Of a stretch of DNA of 41,294 bases, positions 29,268-37,428 are shown one piece after another. The stretch is from Myxococcales bacterium. Its GTDB lineage: Bacteria > Myxococcota_A > UBA9042 > JABWCM01 > BTVJ01. Position 1 is the first letter of the stretch, and each line of letters begins with the position of its first letter. The stretch covers positions 1 through 41,294 of the forward strand of contig BTVJ01000064.1 in NCBI GenBank assembly GCA_045863395.1, read 5' to 3'. A model generated the notes under the pieces. The model ran no database searches. It saw nothing but the letters and a program-made list of their open reading frames with translations, and was not told where the DNA came from. A program made the position numbers and the translations under genes.

Positions 29268-29582
29268 CTACTCCGGCTTCAGCAGGGAGGCAAGCTCGCC
29301 GCTACTGTGCATGTCCTTCGTGATGTCGCAGCCGCCGATGAACTCCCCGTCGACGTAGAGCTGCGGGATGGTCGGCCACTCGGAGAACGCCTTGATCCCC
29401 TCCCGGATCTCGCCGTCGGCGAGCACGTTGACCCCGACGTACGGCACGCCGTAGCCGTTGAGGATCTGCACCACGGCCGCCGAGAACCCGCACTGCGGGA
29501 AGCTCGGCGTGCCCTTCATGTAGAGCACCACCCTGTTGTTGCTGATGGTCTCCCGGATCTCGGACTCCACGTCGCGGCTCAT
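29268..29582 (-). CDS. grxD: Monothiol glutaredoxin Grx4
   Basis: KGTPSFPQCGFS, WPTIPQLY and GGCD motifs; overlaps the bolA stop codon. Confidence 0.96.
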   Translation of the reverse strand: MSRDVESEIRETISNNRVVLYMKGTPSFPQCGFSAAVVQILNGYGVPYVGVNVLADGEIREGIKAFSEWPTIPQLYVDGEFIGGCDITKDMHSSGELASLLKPE

Positions 29583-29854
29583 CGCGCACTCTCCTTTCCG
29601 AAAGCGGGCGAGCGGGCTTCCCACTGCGCCGGCGTAAACGTCTGCAATGCCAGGGCGTGGATGGTCCGCCCGTCCACCAGCTCACCGAGCGCCCGGTACA
29701 CGGCCTTGTGCTGCTGCACCCGGCTCATCCCCTCGAACTGGGCCGCGATGACCACGGCCTCGAGGTGATCCCCCGTCCCCGTCATGTCCCCCACCAGGGC
29801 CGTCGCCCCCGGCAGGGCCTGCTCGATGATCTGCTTGACGTCGTCGACCTGCAT
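29579..29854 (-). CDS. bolA: BolA family protein
   Basis: GDHLEAVVIAAQFEGMSRVQQHKAVY and IHALALQT motifs; adjacent to grxD. Confidence 0.93.
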   Translation of the reverse strand: MQVDDVKQIIEQALPGATALVGDMTGTGDHLEAVVIAAQFEGMSRVQQHKAVYRALGELVDGRTIHALALQTFTPAQWEARSPAFGKESAR

Positions 29855-29939
29855 GTCCGCTCCTGGCTCCAAGCCCGGGACCGCCCCGAGCGCGGCACAG
29901 CATAGCGGCTCCCGCGGGGGAGGGAAGGGGGGCTCGTCG

Positions 29940-29952
29940 TAAGTAGTTGATT
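29940..29952. promoter_or_regulatory. IHF-consensus site at the left edge of the cas island
   Basis: TAAGTAGTTGATT matches YAANNNNTTGATW (reverse complement of WATCAANNNNTTR) at every defined position, in an AT-rich patch. Confidence 0.45.
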
Positions 29953-30038
29953 ATATGCGGAAAGAACTCGGTTCAGGGACCGAGCGCCGCCAATGCGGAC
30001 CGGAGTAGTCTGGGTTCATGCCATTCGGCCAGCGATGC

Positions 30039-30311
<273 letters not shown>

Positions 30312-31292
30312 TCATCCGGCTGCGGCTCGGCCGTCCATCACCTCGGTGCGCAGGCGCGCGACGCGGGTGTCAATGGCATCGCGCGGGCCCCGGTCCCCCG
30401 GCCCCTGGGCAGCCATGGCCTCTTCGAAGAGCGACAGCCACCGCTTGAGCGCCCGGGTCTGCAGGCGAACTCCGCGCGCGCCGAGAAGCTGGAAATCGTC
30501 TGGCGCCACCATGCGCCGGTTGATCACCGAGAGCGTGAGCCGGTCGACGACGCGCACGCGAAAGGGCTCGATGACGTCCAGGGCCAAGGACGACCTGCCG
30601 TAGCGGACGCCATGATAGTACCCGACACGGGGGTCGAAGCCTGCCGCCTCCAGCCGCCCCGCGATCTCGCTGGCGAGCAGCGTGTAGCCGAGGTTGAGCA
30701 GGGCGTTGACCTCGTCCTCGGCCGGGTGGCGCGAGCGCCGCGTGAAGGCGAAAGGCGGCCTCACCATCGTGGAGAACCCCTCGAACCAGGCGGCTGCGGC
30801 CGCTCCCTCGATTCCCCGGAGGGAGTCCAGGTCCGCTGCATCGGCGCAGCGAGGGACTGCCTGGTCGAGCCGCACGAGCACCCCGTCGAGCACCGGGGCC
30901 GCGTCGGGGTGGTTGCGGCGGTACCGCTGCGCGTGCTCCCGCGCCCCCCGAATCTTGTCGGTGACCAGCCCCTTCGCGAGCGCCAGCCGGAAATCCTGCT
31001 GCGTGTAGCGGGCGTGCTGGGCAAGACGCAGGAAGACATTGCCCGACTCAGGCCCCACGATCTGGCCCCGGTACCGCCCCTGGGACGAGAGCAGCACCAC
31101 GGAGACCCCATGGCGCAGGAGCAGCGCGATCGCCTGCGTCGTGAGCTGGACGTTCCCCATGAGCACGACCCGGTCCAGCTCGTCGGCGGCCCAGCGGTCG
31201 AGCTCCTGACGGTCGACGGAGACGGCGATCTGGGCGGCCGACCGGTGGATGCGCGCCCCCTGGTGAGTCACGTAGACGACCTTGCGGACCAT
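30312..31292 (-). CDS. cas1: CRISPR-associated endonuclease Cas1
   Basis: LRGIEGAAA, VNALLNLGY, GFDPRVGYYH and LALDVIEPFR motifs; catalytic E, H and D residues are present. Confidence 0.96.
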   Translation of the reverse strand: MVRKVVYVTHQGARIHRSAAQIAVSVDRQELDRWAADELDRVVLMGNVQLTTQAIALLLRHGVSVVLLSSQGRYRGQIVGPESGNVFLRLAQHARYTQQDFRLALAKGLVTDKIRGAREHAQRYRRNHPDAAPVLDGVLVRLDQAVPRCADAADLDSLRGIEGAAAAAWFEGFSTMVRPPFAFTRRSRHPAEDEVNALLNLGYTLLASEIAGRLEAAGFDPRVGYYHGVRYGRSSLALDVIEPFRVRVVDRLTLSVINRRMVAPDDFQLLGARGVRLQTRALKRWLSLFEEAMAAQGPGDRGPRDAIDTRVARLRTEVMDGRAAAG

Positions 31293-31320
31293 GCTCTCTC
31301 CTGGTTGCGGTTCTGGGGCG

Positions 31321-33846
31321 TCAGGCCCATTCGTGGTTGGTGACGGGAGCCACGAGGACCCCGGCGCTGCCTGTCGCGGGGCCGGCTCCTGCCTGCGCCG
31401 CGCGCATCCCCGCGGGCACCTCTTCGAGGCGGGCGATGATCGCCGCTGGGACGGCCTGCGAGGCGGGCGCCGCAGAGGACGTCGCCGCGGGCGTGGCTTC
31501 CGGCCCGGGGCGAGGCGCTGGACGCCCAGGGCTGTCCCGCCACGCCCGCAGGAACCCTCCCGCGTGAAGGAGCGGCGTCGGAAAGCCCCCCCGGCGAAGA
31601 CGCTCAGAGAAGTCGCAGCGGCAGTCGGGCGCCAGCTCCGGGTGCTTGTCCTGAAGACGCCGGCAGCCGATGGGGACCGCGGTCAGTCTGCCGATGTGCC
31701 GCTGCGTCTCGGCCACGTCGTAGTTTCGGCACTTCCCGATGATCGCATGGATGGCGCGCTCCCCGTGAGTCCCCAGGTGCCCGAGCGAGTGAAGGAGGCT
31801 CGTCCGCTCATGGTGCGTCAGGTGGCCTACCATGGCGCTGCGCCGCGCCAGTCCGCTCAGGAGCTGGCAGCCGCTCATCACCCGCGCCACGCCGGCGCCA
31901 AAGCTATCCATGGCGGGCAACGCCGCGGGCACGAACACGCTCTCTCCCGTCGGGCGAGGGGAAGCAACAGGCAGCGGGAGGGCAGAAGGACCACCACAGA
32001 AGATCCCCTCGAGGGTCGGTGAGACGCTCGTCCCATCGTCCCACGTCAGGTGGCTCCGCCGACCGGTGCCGCGGTGGACGCCGAGCGGGAGCGCCATCAC
32101 GCGGTCATGGGCGTCGGTGGCCTCGTCGCCGGCAGGAAGCGCCTCCAGGGTGACAGCACCTCCCGCGTCCCCTGCACGGCGGCACCACTCCGCCACCAGT
32201 CGTGCCACGTCTGCCGCGCACACGCGGCCTTCGAGGGGGATCCACACATGAGCGCCGCGGCCCCCGGTGTCTTCCACCAGGAACCGGACGCCCGCCTGGC
32301 GCAGAGCAGTACCCAGGGCTGCGACGGCCACATCTATCGGATCGCGGCCGTCACGAGGCCCGTCGATGTCGATGACGGCAAGCGTGCAGGCGCCGTCGTC
32401 GAGGCGCGGAGCCACCGCCAGGCGCTGGCGGCCCATCAGGTGCTCTCGCACATCGGGCGGCCCCGGCGGACGGCTGACCCGCACGTACTCTCCCTGGCCG
32501 GCAGCAGTGGGCTCCCACACCGCGAACCAGGACGCGCCCGCGCAGAACAAGGCGAGCCAGGCGTCCACGGCGTCGTCGTCGATGGCCGGATCGGGGGACG
32601 GCTCAGAGGTCGCGGGCGTATCAGTCCGTGCCATGGCCTCCTGCCAGGCTGCCTGCGCGCCCTCGAAGTCTCCTCGAGCGGCCAGGCTCTCTGCCTGATC
32701 CAGGAGCGCCGCCACCTCCCCGCGGGCGTCCTCGGGAGCGGGGTCGTCGGTCTCGGGCTCCGTCTCCCCCGGCTCCTCGGCCCACTCGGCGCGCGCCTCC
32801 TCGTCGAGGTCGGGCTCGGGCGCATCGGGGTGCTGCCCCAGACGCTCGTGCAGCAGCTCCCGCGCCACCCGGTCATGGACGCCGAGGGACGTCCCTGGAG
32901 GGAGCGGCGTATTGAAGTACTGGGCCCACCCGCGGATGATGGGCTCGATGCGCTCGCGGAGGGTCGCGGTGGGAGTCGCAGGCTCCTGATCGAGGCGCGC
33001 CCGCAGCGACTCGAGCGCCCCTTCGCTGGCCCGGAAGCCACGCGCGCCGACGACGAAGCCGAGCCACGGGAAGCCCTCCGACGCGGCGATGACCTTGTCG
33101 GACCCGGCCTTGACGGAGAAGCCGCGCCGAGAGAGCTCCGTGCGGAACAGGCCCAGGGCACGCTGGGCCTCCGCAGATGTCGAGGCCACGGCGCACAGGT
33201 TGTCGCTGTATCGCAGGAAGCTGAGGCCAGCGTCCTCCATCGCCCGGTCAAAGCGGGTCAGCGCCAGGTTGGCCAGCGACGGAGACAGGGCGCACCCTTG
33301 GGCGAGTCCCACTCCAGGACGCGTGGCGTGGGCGTGGAGGAGTGACGCGACCAAGCTGTGCACATCGGCATCGACGAGGTGGCGCACCTCGTCGAGCAGG
33401 GCGGGCAGCGGCACCGTGTCGAAGAAGTCGCGTATGTCCGCGATGGCCGCCCACCCCAGGCCTTCGGAGACGCGGCGAGAGACCAGCTCCACGGCGTGTC
33501 GGGCCGACTTCCCCCGCCGGTAGGCCCAGGCGGCCGAGGAGAGCACGCGCTCGATGCGTGGGTCGACCACGGCGCGGAGCAGCTCGACGACGACGCGATC
33601 ATCCACGGTCGGAACGGCAAGGCGTCGCATCCCGCCACCCGGCTTGCGGATTCGATGGCGTGCAAGGGGCCCCGGGCGCCAGGTGCCGCTCTGGAGGCGC
33701 TCGGACAGCTCTGCCGCGCGCGTCTCCCGGTCCTGGCGCCACGCAGCAGGTGTCACGCCGTCGGCGCCGGCCGCGGCGCTGCGGCGCGCCACGGTCTCGA
33801 ACGCCAGCTCGATGGCAGCAGGAGTCATCCGGTCGCGCAGGGCCAT
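31321..33846 (-). CDS. Reverse transcriptase fused to CRISPR-associated primase-polymerase (RT, TPR-like helix, AEP, Cys-rich PriCT-like domain; CART-CAPP-like), with a disordered tail ending HEWA
   Basis: RT: IRKPGGGMRRLAVPTVDDR, ADIRDFFD, AQGCALSP, YSDN, FPWLGF. AEP: VIDID, EDTGGRGAHVW, ALPLGVHRGTG. C-terminal Cys domain: CQLL...KCRNY...PIGCRRL...CRC...PTPL. Lies immediately upstream of cas1-cas2. Confidence 0.88.
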   Translation of the reverse strand: MALRDRMTPAAIELAFETVARRSAAAGADGVTPAAWRQDRETRAAELSERLQSGTWRPGPLARHRIRKPGGGMRRLAVPTVDDRVVVELLRAVVDPRIERVLSSAAWAYRRGKSARHAVELVSRRVSEGLGWAAIADIRDFFDTVPLPALLDEVRHLVDADVHSLVASLLHAHATRPGVGLAQGCALSPSLANLALTRFDRAMEDAGLSFLRYSDNLCAVASTSAEAQRALGLFRTELSRRGFSVKAGSDKVIAASEGFPWLGFVVGARGFRASEGALESLRARLDQEPATPTATLRERIEPIIRGWAQYFNTPLPPGTSLGVHDRVARELLHERLGQHPDAPEPDLDEEARAEWAEEPGETEPETDDPAPEDARGEVAALLDQAESLAARGDFEGAQAAWQEAMARTDTPATSEPSPDPAIDDDAVDAWLALFCAGASWFAVWEPTAAGQGEYVRVSRPPGPPDVREHLMGRQRLAVAPRLDDGACTLAVIDIDGPRDGRDPIDVAVAALGTALRQAGVRFLVEDTGGRGAHVWIPLEGRVCAADVARLVAEWCRRAGDAGGAVTLEALPAGDEATDAHDRVMALPLGVHRGTGRRSHLTWDDGTSVSPTLEGIFCGGPSALPLPVASPRPTGESVFVPAALPAMDSFGAGVARVMSGCQLLSGLARRSAMVGHLTHHERTSLLHSLGHLGTHGERAIHAIIGKCRNYDVAETQRHIGRLTAVPIGCRRLQDKHPELAPDCRCDFSERLRRGGFPTPLLHAGGFLRAWRDSPGRPAPRPGPEATPAATSSAAPASQAVPAAIIARLEEVPAGMRAAQAGAGPATGSAGVLVAPVTNHEWA

Positions 33847-33854
33847 GGTTCACC

Positions 33855-34226
33855 TCAGACGTCGATCAGCTCTCCAAACTCGTCGATTCGGGGCATGCGC
33901 CGGGGCGCAGGCTGGGGGGGAGTCGGCGGACTCTCGGGCGGGAGCCGCGTGACGGACTCGACGCGCTGCGCAGAGGCGCGCTCAGCCACCCGACGAGGCT
34001 CGGGGCATGCAGGCGTGCCGCTGAGCGTGGTGCGCTCACGACGTCCCGCTTCCTCCTGCGCGGCGACCCACCGCCCGATCACGTGACGCAGCCGTCCGAA
34101 CTCCTGGGCCACGCGGGAGTCCACGCGCTGAACGGCCACGAGGGTTGCGATGCAGAGCCCACAGCAGGCGAGGACCAGCACGATGGCGAACCCCGTCAGC
34201 ATGGCCACGTCCGAGACCTCAGTCAT
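33855..34226 (-). CDS. Small single-pass membrane protein of unknown function
   Basis: One hydrophobic helix (MLTGFAIVLVLACCGLCIATLVAV), a Pro-rich tail, and C-terminus RIDEFGELIDV. It has an SD and an 8-nt overlap with the E1 stop. Confidence 0.7.
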   Translation of the reverse strand: MTEVSDVAMLTGFAIVLVLACCGLCIATLVAVQRVDSRVAQEFGRLRHVIGRWVAAQEEAGRRERTTLSGTPACPEPRRVAERASAQRVESVTRLPPESPPTPPQPAPRRMPRIDEFGELIDV

Positions 34227-35370
34227 CGCCCCCTCCGCAGACCGGGCACTCGGGCCAGCGCTCCGCCTGCACGACCAGCCGATCCAGCGGCTCCTCGAAG
34301 ACCCACGTCTCGGGCTCCATGGTGACGAACATCAGGTTGCCCCGCTGCTCGCCGTGTGAGAACCACGGGTCGACTGGCGCCCCGGACACGAACACGAGCG
34401 CGAGGCGCGCGGCGATGGCCGTGCCCAGGGTCACGTTCACCGGGAGCGCCGGGACGCCGCGGGCGGGGGCAGTCTCCACGGCGTAGGGCTGGAGCGAGCC
34501 CCTCACCGGGGCATGGCGGCCGCCCTCTGCGTAGGTGGAGCAGAGGTGGCACGGCCCCTTCGCGGCGTCGGTGACCAGCTCGATGCGGACGCTGGCCGCC
34601 AGGTCCGAGAAGGCCACATACAGGGTCGGAAACCCGAGGCGCGCGGCCAAGCCGTTGACGACGGCCCGGGAGTCGCGGGTGTCCGTGGCGACGACCACCA
34701 GGTCCGGTCGAGCCGTCTGGAGCAGGTCGGAGAACGCCACCGCATCCCGCACGACGTTCAGGGCGTGGCCTTCGACACGTGCGCCGGGAACCGACGCACG
34801 GACGGCGTCTCTCCAGACCAGGGCCTTCCGGCGCCCCACCGAGGAGGGCGAGACCATGAGTCCCCACCGGACCAGGTTCTCTGTCTCGAGCCGCTCGGGG
34901 TCCACGGCATGGACCGCCAGCCCGAGACGCGCCAGCCGTGTGGCGAGATCGGAGCCCACGGAGCCGGTCCCCACGACGACGACGGTCTTGCTCGACAGGG
35001 CGTCGGCTCCGGGCACCCCACGAACGCGGTCCAAGTATTTGGACTCATCGACGACGACGACGTCGATGGGCAGGCCGCCTTGGGTGGCCACCGCATCGCT
35101 TGCGCGGAGCACGATGTCGCTCGTGTCGAAGGTGGTACCGGGCATCAGCACGACCCCGAGGCGCTGGTCGAGGGTCGGGTCGGCGGAGACTGCCTGGACG
35201 CGGTAGATGGGGCCGTCGTCGGCCGGCTCGACGGAGCCGTAGAGGGCATGTGGAGTCGAGGTCGCGGCCAACCGGGCCACATCGAGCAGCTTCGCGGAGA
35301 TGACGAGCGCACCTGGGGAACGCCTCGACCGCGACTCGATTCGGTGGATGTACTCGTCCAGGGTCGTCAT
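34219..35370 (-). CDS. ThiF/E1-like adenylyltransferase with N-terminal extension
   Basis: VVVVGTGSVGS, VDPERLETENLVR, GRRKA and ATDTRDSR motifs; Zn-binding CHLC and CPVC. Confidence 0.9.
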   Translation of the reverse strand: MTTLDEYIHRIESRSRRSPGALVISAKLLDVARLAATSTPHALYGSVEPADDGPIYRVQAVSADPTLDQRLGVVLMPGTTFDTSDIVLRASDAVATQGGLPIDVVVVDESKYLDRVRGVPGADALSSKTVVVVGTGSVGSDLATRLARLGLAVHAVDPERLETENLVRWGLMVSPSSVGRRKALVWRDAVRASVPGARVEGHALNVVRDAVAFSDLLQTARPDLVVVATDTRDSRAVVNGLAARLGFPTLYVAFSDLAASVRIELVTDAAKGPCHLCSTYAEGGRHAPVRGSLQPYAVETAPARGVPALPVNVTLGTAIAARLALVFVSGAPVDPWFSHGEQRGNLMFVTMEPETWVFEEPLDRLVVQAERWPECPVCGGGDD

Positions 35371-35373
35371 GGC

Positions 35374-36345
35374 TCACCTCCCATCGAGGAAGCGCCCGAG
35401 GGCGCGAAAGAAGTCTGCGAGCGTGCGCCGGGGCCCCCCCGGCACCTGGTAGTCCGCCCGCGTCAGCGCGACGGGCGCGTGCTTCGTGGCTGTGTGCTGC
35501 GGGCCGTCCAGAGCCTCCGCGACCAGATCATCCAGGCGATGGAGGCTGCTCCAGCCGTGCCGAAGCGGCACAGCGGAGAGCTGACCGTGCACGTCGCCGC
35601 GCAGCACCAGGGGGGCTCCCACGGGATATTCGGGAGGAAAAACCACGGAGACGCTCACGCTGCCGCTACGAATCTGAGCTGCCAGGGGCCCGCCGGGTGG
35701 GGCCACGGGTTGAACAGTCGCGTGGAAGCGGCGCCGGATGGACTCCAGGTCGCTCTCGACCCGAGCAGCCGCAGCGTGCCGGAACGTCGCCGCGGCCACC
35801 GGCTCGATCTCTCGGAGCAGCTCCGACAGGGGGGGCAGAGTCTCCAGGGCCGCCGCGGCGGCCGCCTCGCCATCGTCGATTGCCATGACGGGCACCTGCT
35901 CCACTTGGGCGCCCCAAGAGCCGGTGTCACTCGCCACGAAGCCGAGCACGGAGGGCGGGTTGCCCGGCCGACCGGTACCAAGGACCAGCACGAGGTGACT
36001 GCGGCGCTGTTCGCCGTCGCGCAGGATGGACGTCGCAGTCGCTCGATCCGTCTCGGAGAGATACGGCATCCAGAAGGGATGCACGTGCCAGTCGCCCACG
36101 TACGTCGCACCTTGGATGCGCCTCTGGATGCTCGCGATCATCCGGCTCTGCCAGGCGCCGTCGGTGACCACGTGGGACCCTCCCGTCGAGGCCGCCGGAC
36201 CCGCCGGCAGCGCATAGAGCAGGACCGTCTTCCCCGGCAGCTCGAGGGCGACCAAGGACCCCCCGGCCTCCACCTTGTCGCGGAGACCGTCCTGGACGGC
36301 TCGCTCGACGACCTCGAACGCCGACTGGGACATCAGAACATTCAT
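35374..36345 (-). CDS. JAB/MPN (JAMM) metallopeptidase fused to a Cys-less E2/UBC-like domain
   Basis: EAGG...YVGDWHVHPFWMPYLSETD fits HxH-x7-SxxD. The C-terminal RVESDL...VVFPPEYPVGAPLV...WSS resembles the UBC fold. ATG 36345 follows GGAGG. Confidence 0.85.
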   Translation of the reverse strand: MNVLMSQSAFEVVERAVQDGLRDKVEAGGSLVALELPGKTVLLYALPAGPAASTGGSHVVTDGAWQSRMIASIQRRIQGATYVGDWHVHPFWMPYLSETDRATATSILRDGEQRRSHLVLVLGTGRPGNPPSVLGFVASDTGSWGAQVEQVPVMAIDDGEAAAAAALETLPPLSELLREIEPVAAATFRHAAAARVESDLESIRRRFHATVQPVAPPGGPLAAQIRSGSVSVSVVFPPEYPVGAPLVLRGDVHGQLSAVPLRHGWSSLHRLDDLVAEALDGPQHTATKHAPVALTRADYQVPGGPRRTLADFFRALGRFLDGR

Positions 36346-36400
36346 CGCGCCTCCGATTGAGTGGTAGCCGATGGACAACGCGGGTTGAACCGTGGTCGGG

Positions 36401-36820
36401 TCAGACCCAGACGCGCCCCGTCTCCTTCCACTCCTCGTAGTGAAACAGCCAGGCCGACACCCACGCGAGCAGAGTGACGATGGTCGACCGCCTGGTGAAC
36501 GCCTCCCCATGGTCCAGGCAGAGAGAGCCGTCGATGAACCGGTGAGGGGTGTTGGCTGGGAGATCCGGCTCGACGATGTGGGCGACCGGCATGACCCCGT
36601 CGCCGTAGTTTGGTGGCAGCGCCACGAGGATCCGGTACGCAGCCCGCAGAGAGCGGTTTGGTCCTACGATTCCCGTGGCGTACGTGATGCCGTTGTGGTG
36701 GACGTCCACGGTGAACCCTGGGTACTCCTGGGCGAGCACGTCTCTCTCCATGAACAGTCGCTCGCGTCCCTCGGGCGTCTCCCAGAACTGTCCAACTGCT
36801 GCCCAGACGTGCGCGCGCAT
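36401..36820 (-). CDS. Prokaryotic E2 (ubiquitin-conjugating-like) protein
   Basis: RERLFMERDVL, YRILVALPPNY, PHRFIDGSLCL (putative catalytic Cys101) and AWLFHYEEWKETG. GGAGGTG precedes ATG 36820. Confidence 0.82.
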   Translation of the reverse strand: MRAHVWAAVGQFWETPEGRERLFMERDVLAQEYPGFTVDVHHNGITYATGIVGPNRSLRAAYRILVALPPNYGDGVMPVAHIVEPDLPANTPHRFIDGSLCLDHGEAFTRRSTIVTLLAWVSAWLFHYEEWKETGRVWV

Positions 36821-36822
36821 GG

Positions 36823-37071
36823 TCACACCTCCACCAGAGAGGCGAAGTCGCACTTGGACTCGCTGGCGTCGATGCAGGCACCACCCCACTCGTGATCCTT
36901 CATGCTCACGCCCGCAGGAGCTTTGCCGTCTGGAGCGTGCTGCGACGGCTTTCCGGCGCTGGCGTGTGGAGCGGCGTGGGCGGGGTCCACGGCGACCATC
37001 TCACCGTTGACGATGCGGACTGACCCAGCCTCCTTGAGGTGTCTGCGGAGCTCCTCGATGGTCTCGTTCAT
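36823..37071 (-). CDS. Small 82-aa protein, candidate modifier/substrate peptide (contains HEWGG)
   Basis: GGAGG SD, GC3-rich codons, stop 2 nt before the E2 start; first gene of the operon. Alternative start at 37086. Confidence 0.7.
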   Translation of the reverse strand: MNETIEELRRHLKEAGSVRIVNGEMVAVDPAHAAPHASAGKPSQHAPDGKAPAGVSMKDHEWGGACIDASESKCDFASLVEV

Positions 37072-37140
37072 TTCCCGCGCCTCCATGCCTCGATGAGGGT
37101 CTCAGATTGGCGCGACCGCACCCTCGGCCACGCACGGTAC

Positions 37141-37180
37141 AGCCTACGAGCGTCGAGGACGCTCCCCTGTTGACATGTCA
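37141..37180. promoter_or_regulatory. Candidate promoter/operator palindromes upstream of the operon
   Basis: GAGCGTC-GAG-GACGCTC (37148-37164) and TGACATGTCA (37171-37180); a TAGGCT -10-like hexamer on the minus strand at 37141-37146. Confidence 0.3.
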
Positions 37181-37428
37181 CCAGAGCACGCGAAGCCAAA
37201 GACATGCACTGCGGCTTGGGCAAGTCGCGTCAGACACATGCCAGCAGCAGCTCTCAAGGCTGATCGGCGCGCGCGGAGGGGCGGCCGGCATCGACGGCCG
37301 TCGGGTCAATAACCCCAGCACCGAGGCGTGCCAGCCGGTAGGAACCTCGCCTCGGGGGAGAGGGGCGAACGCCGGGGGCGGCTGACCCAGGTGACGGTCT
37401 TCGCGTCCCGGCATGGGAGGATCACATC

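Noticed and set aside
32900..33846. RT as a group II intron, retron or DGR
   Set aside because: It is fused to an AEP primase and tightly flanked by operon genes. There is no room for intron RNA domains or msr/msd, and I saw no TR/VR pair.
35545..35570. RHGWS in the JAB protein as a fourth HxW motif
   Set aside because: It falls at the position of the structural W-S motif of the UBC fold and ends in Ser, so it was not counted.
36821..36889. The ORF-track N-terminal extension of the E2 contains VQVRLRLSGG, resembling the ubiquitin C-terminus LVLRLRGG
   Set aside because: It is an alternative frame of the small peptide gene with poor GC3 codons. The strong SD points to ATG 36820, and the extension is far too short for a beta-grasp fold.
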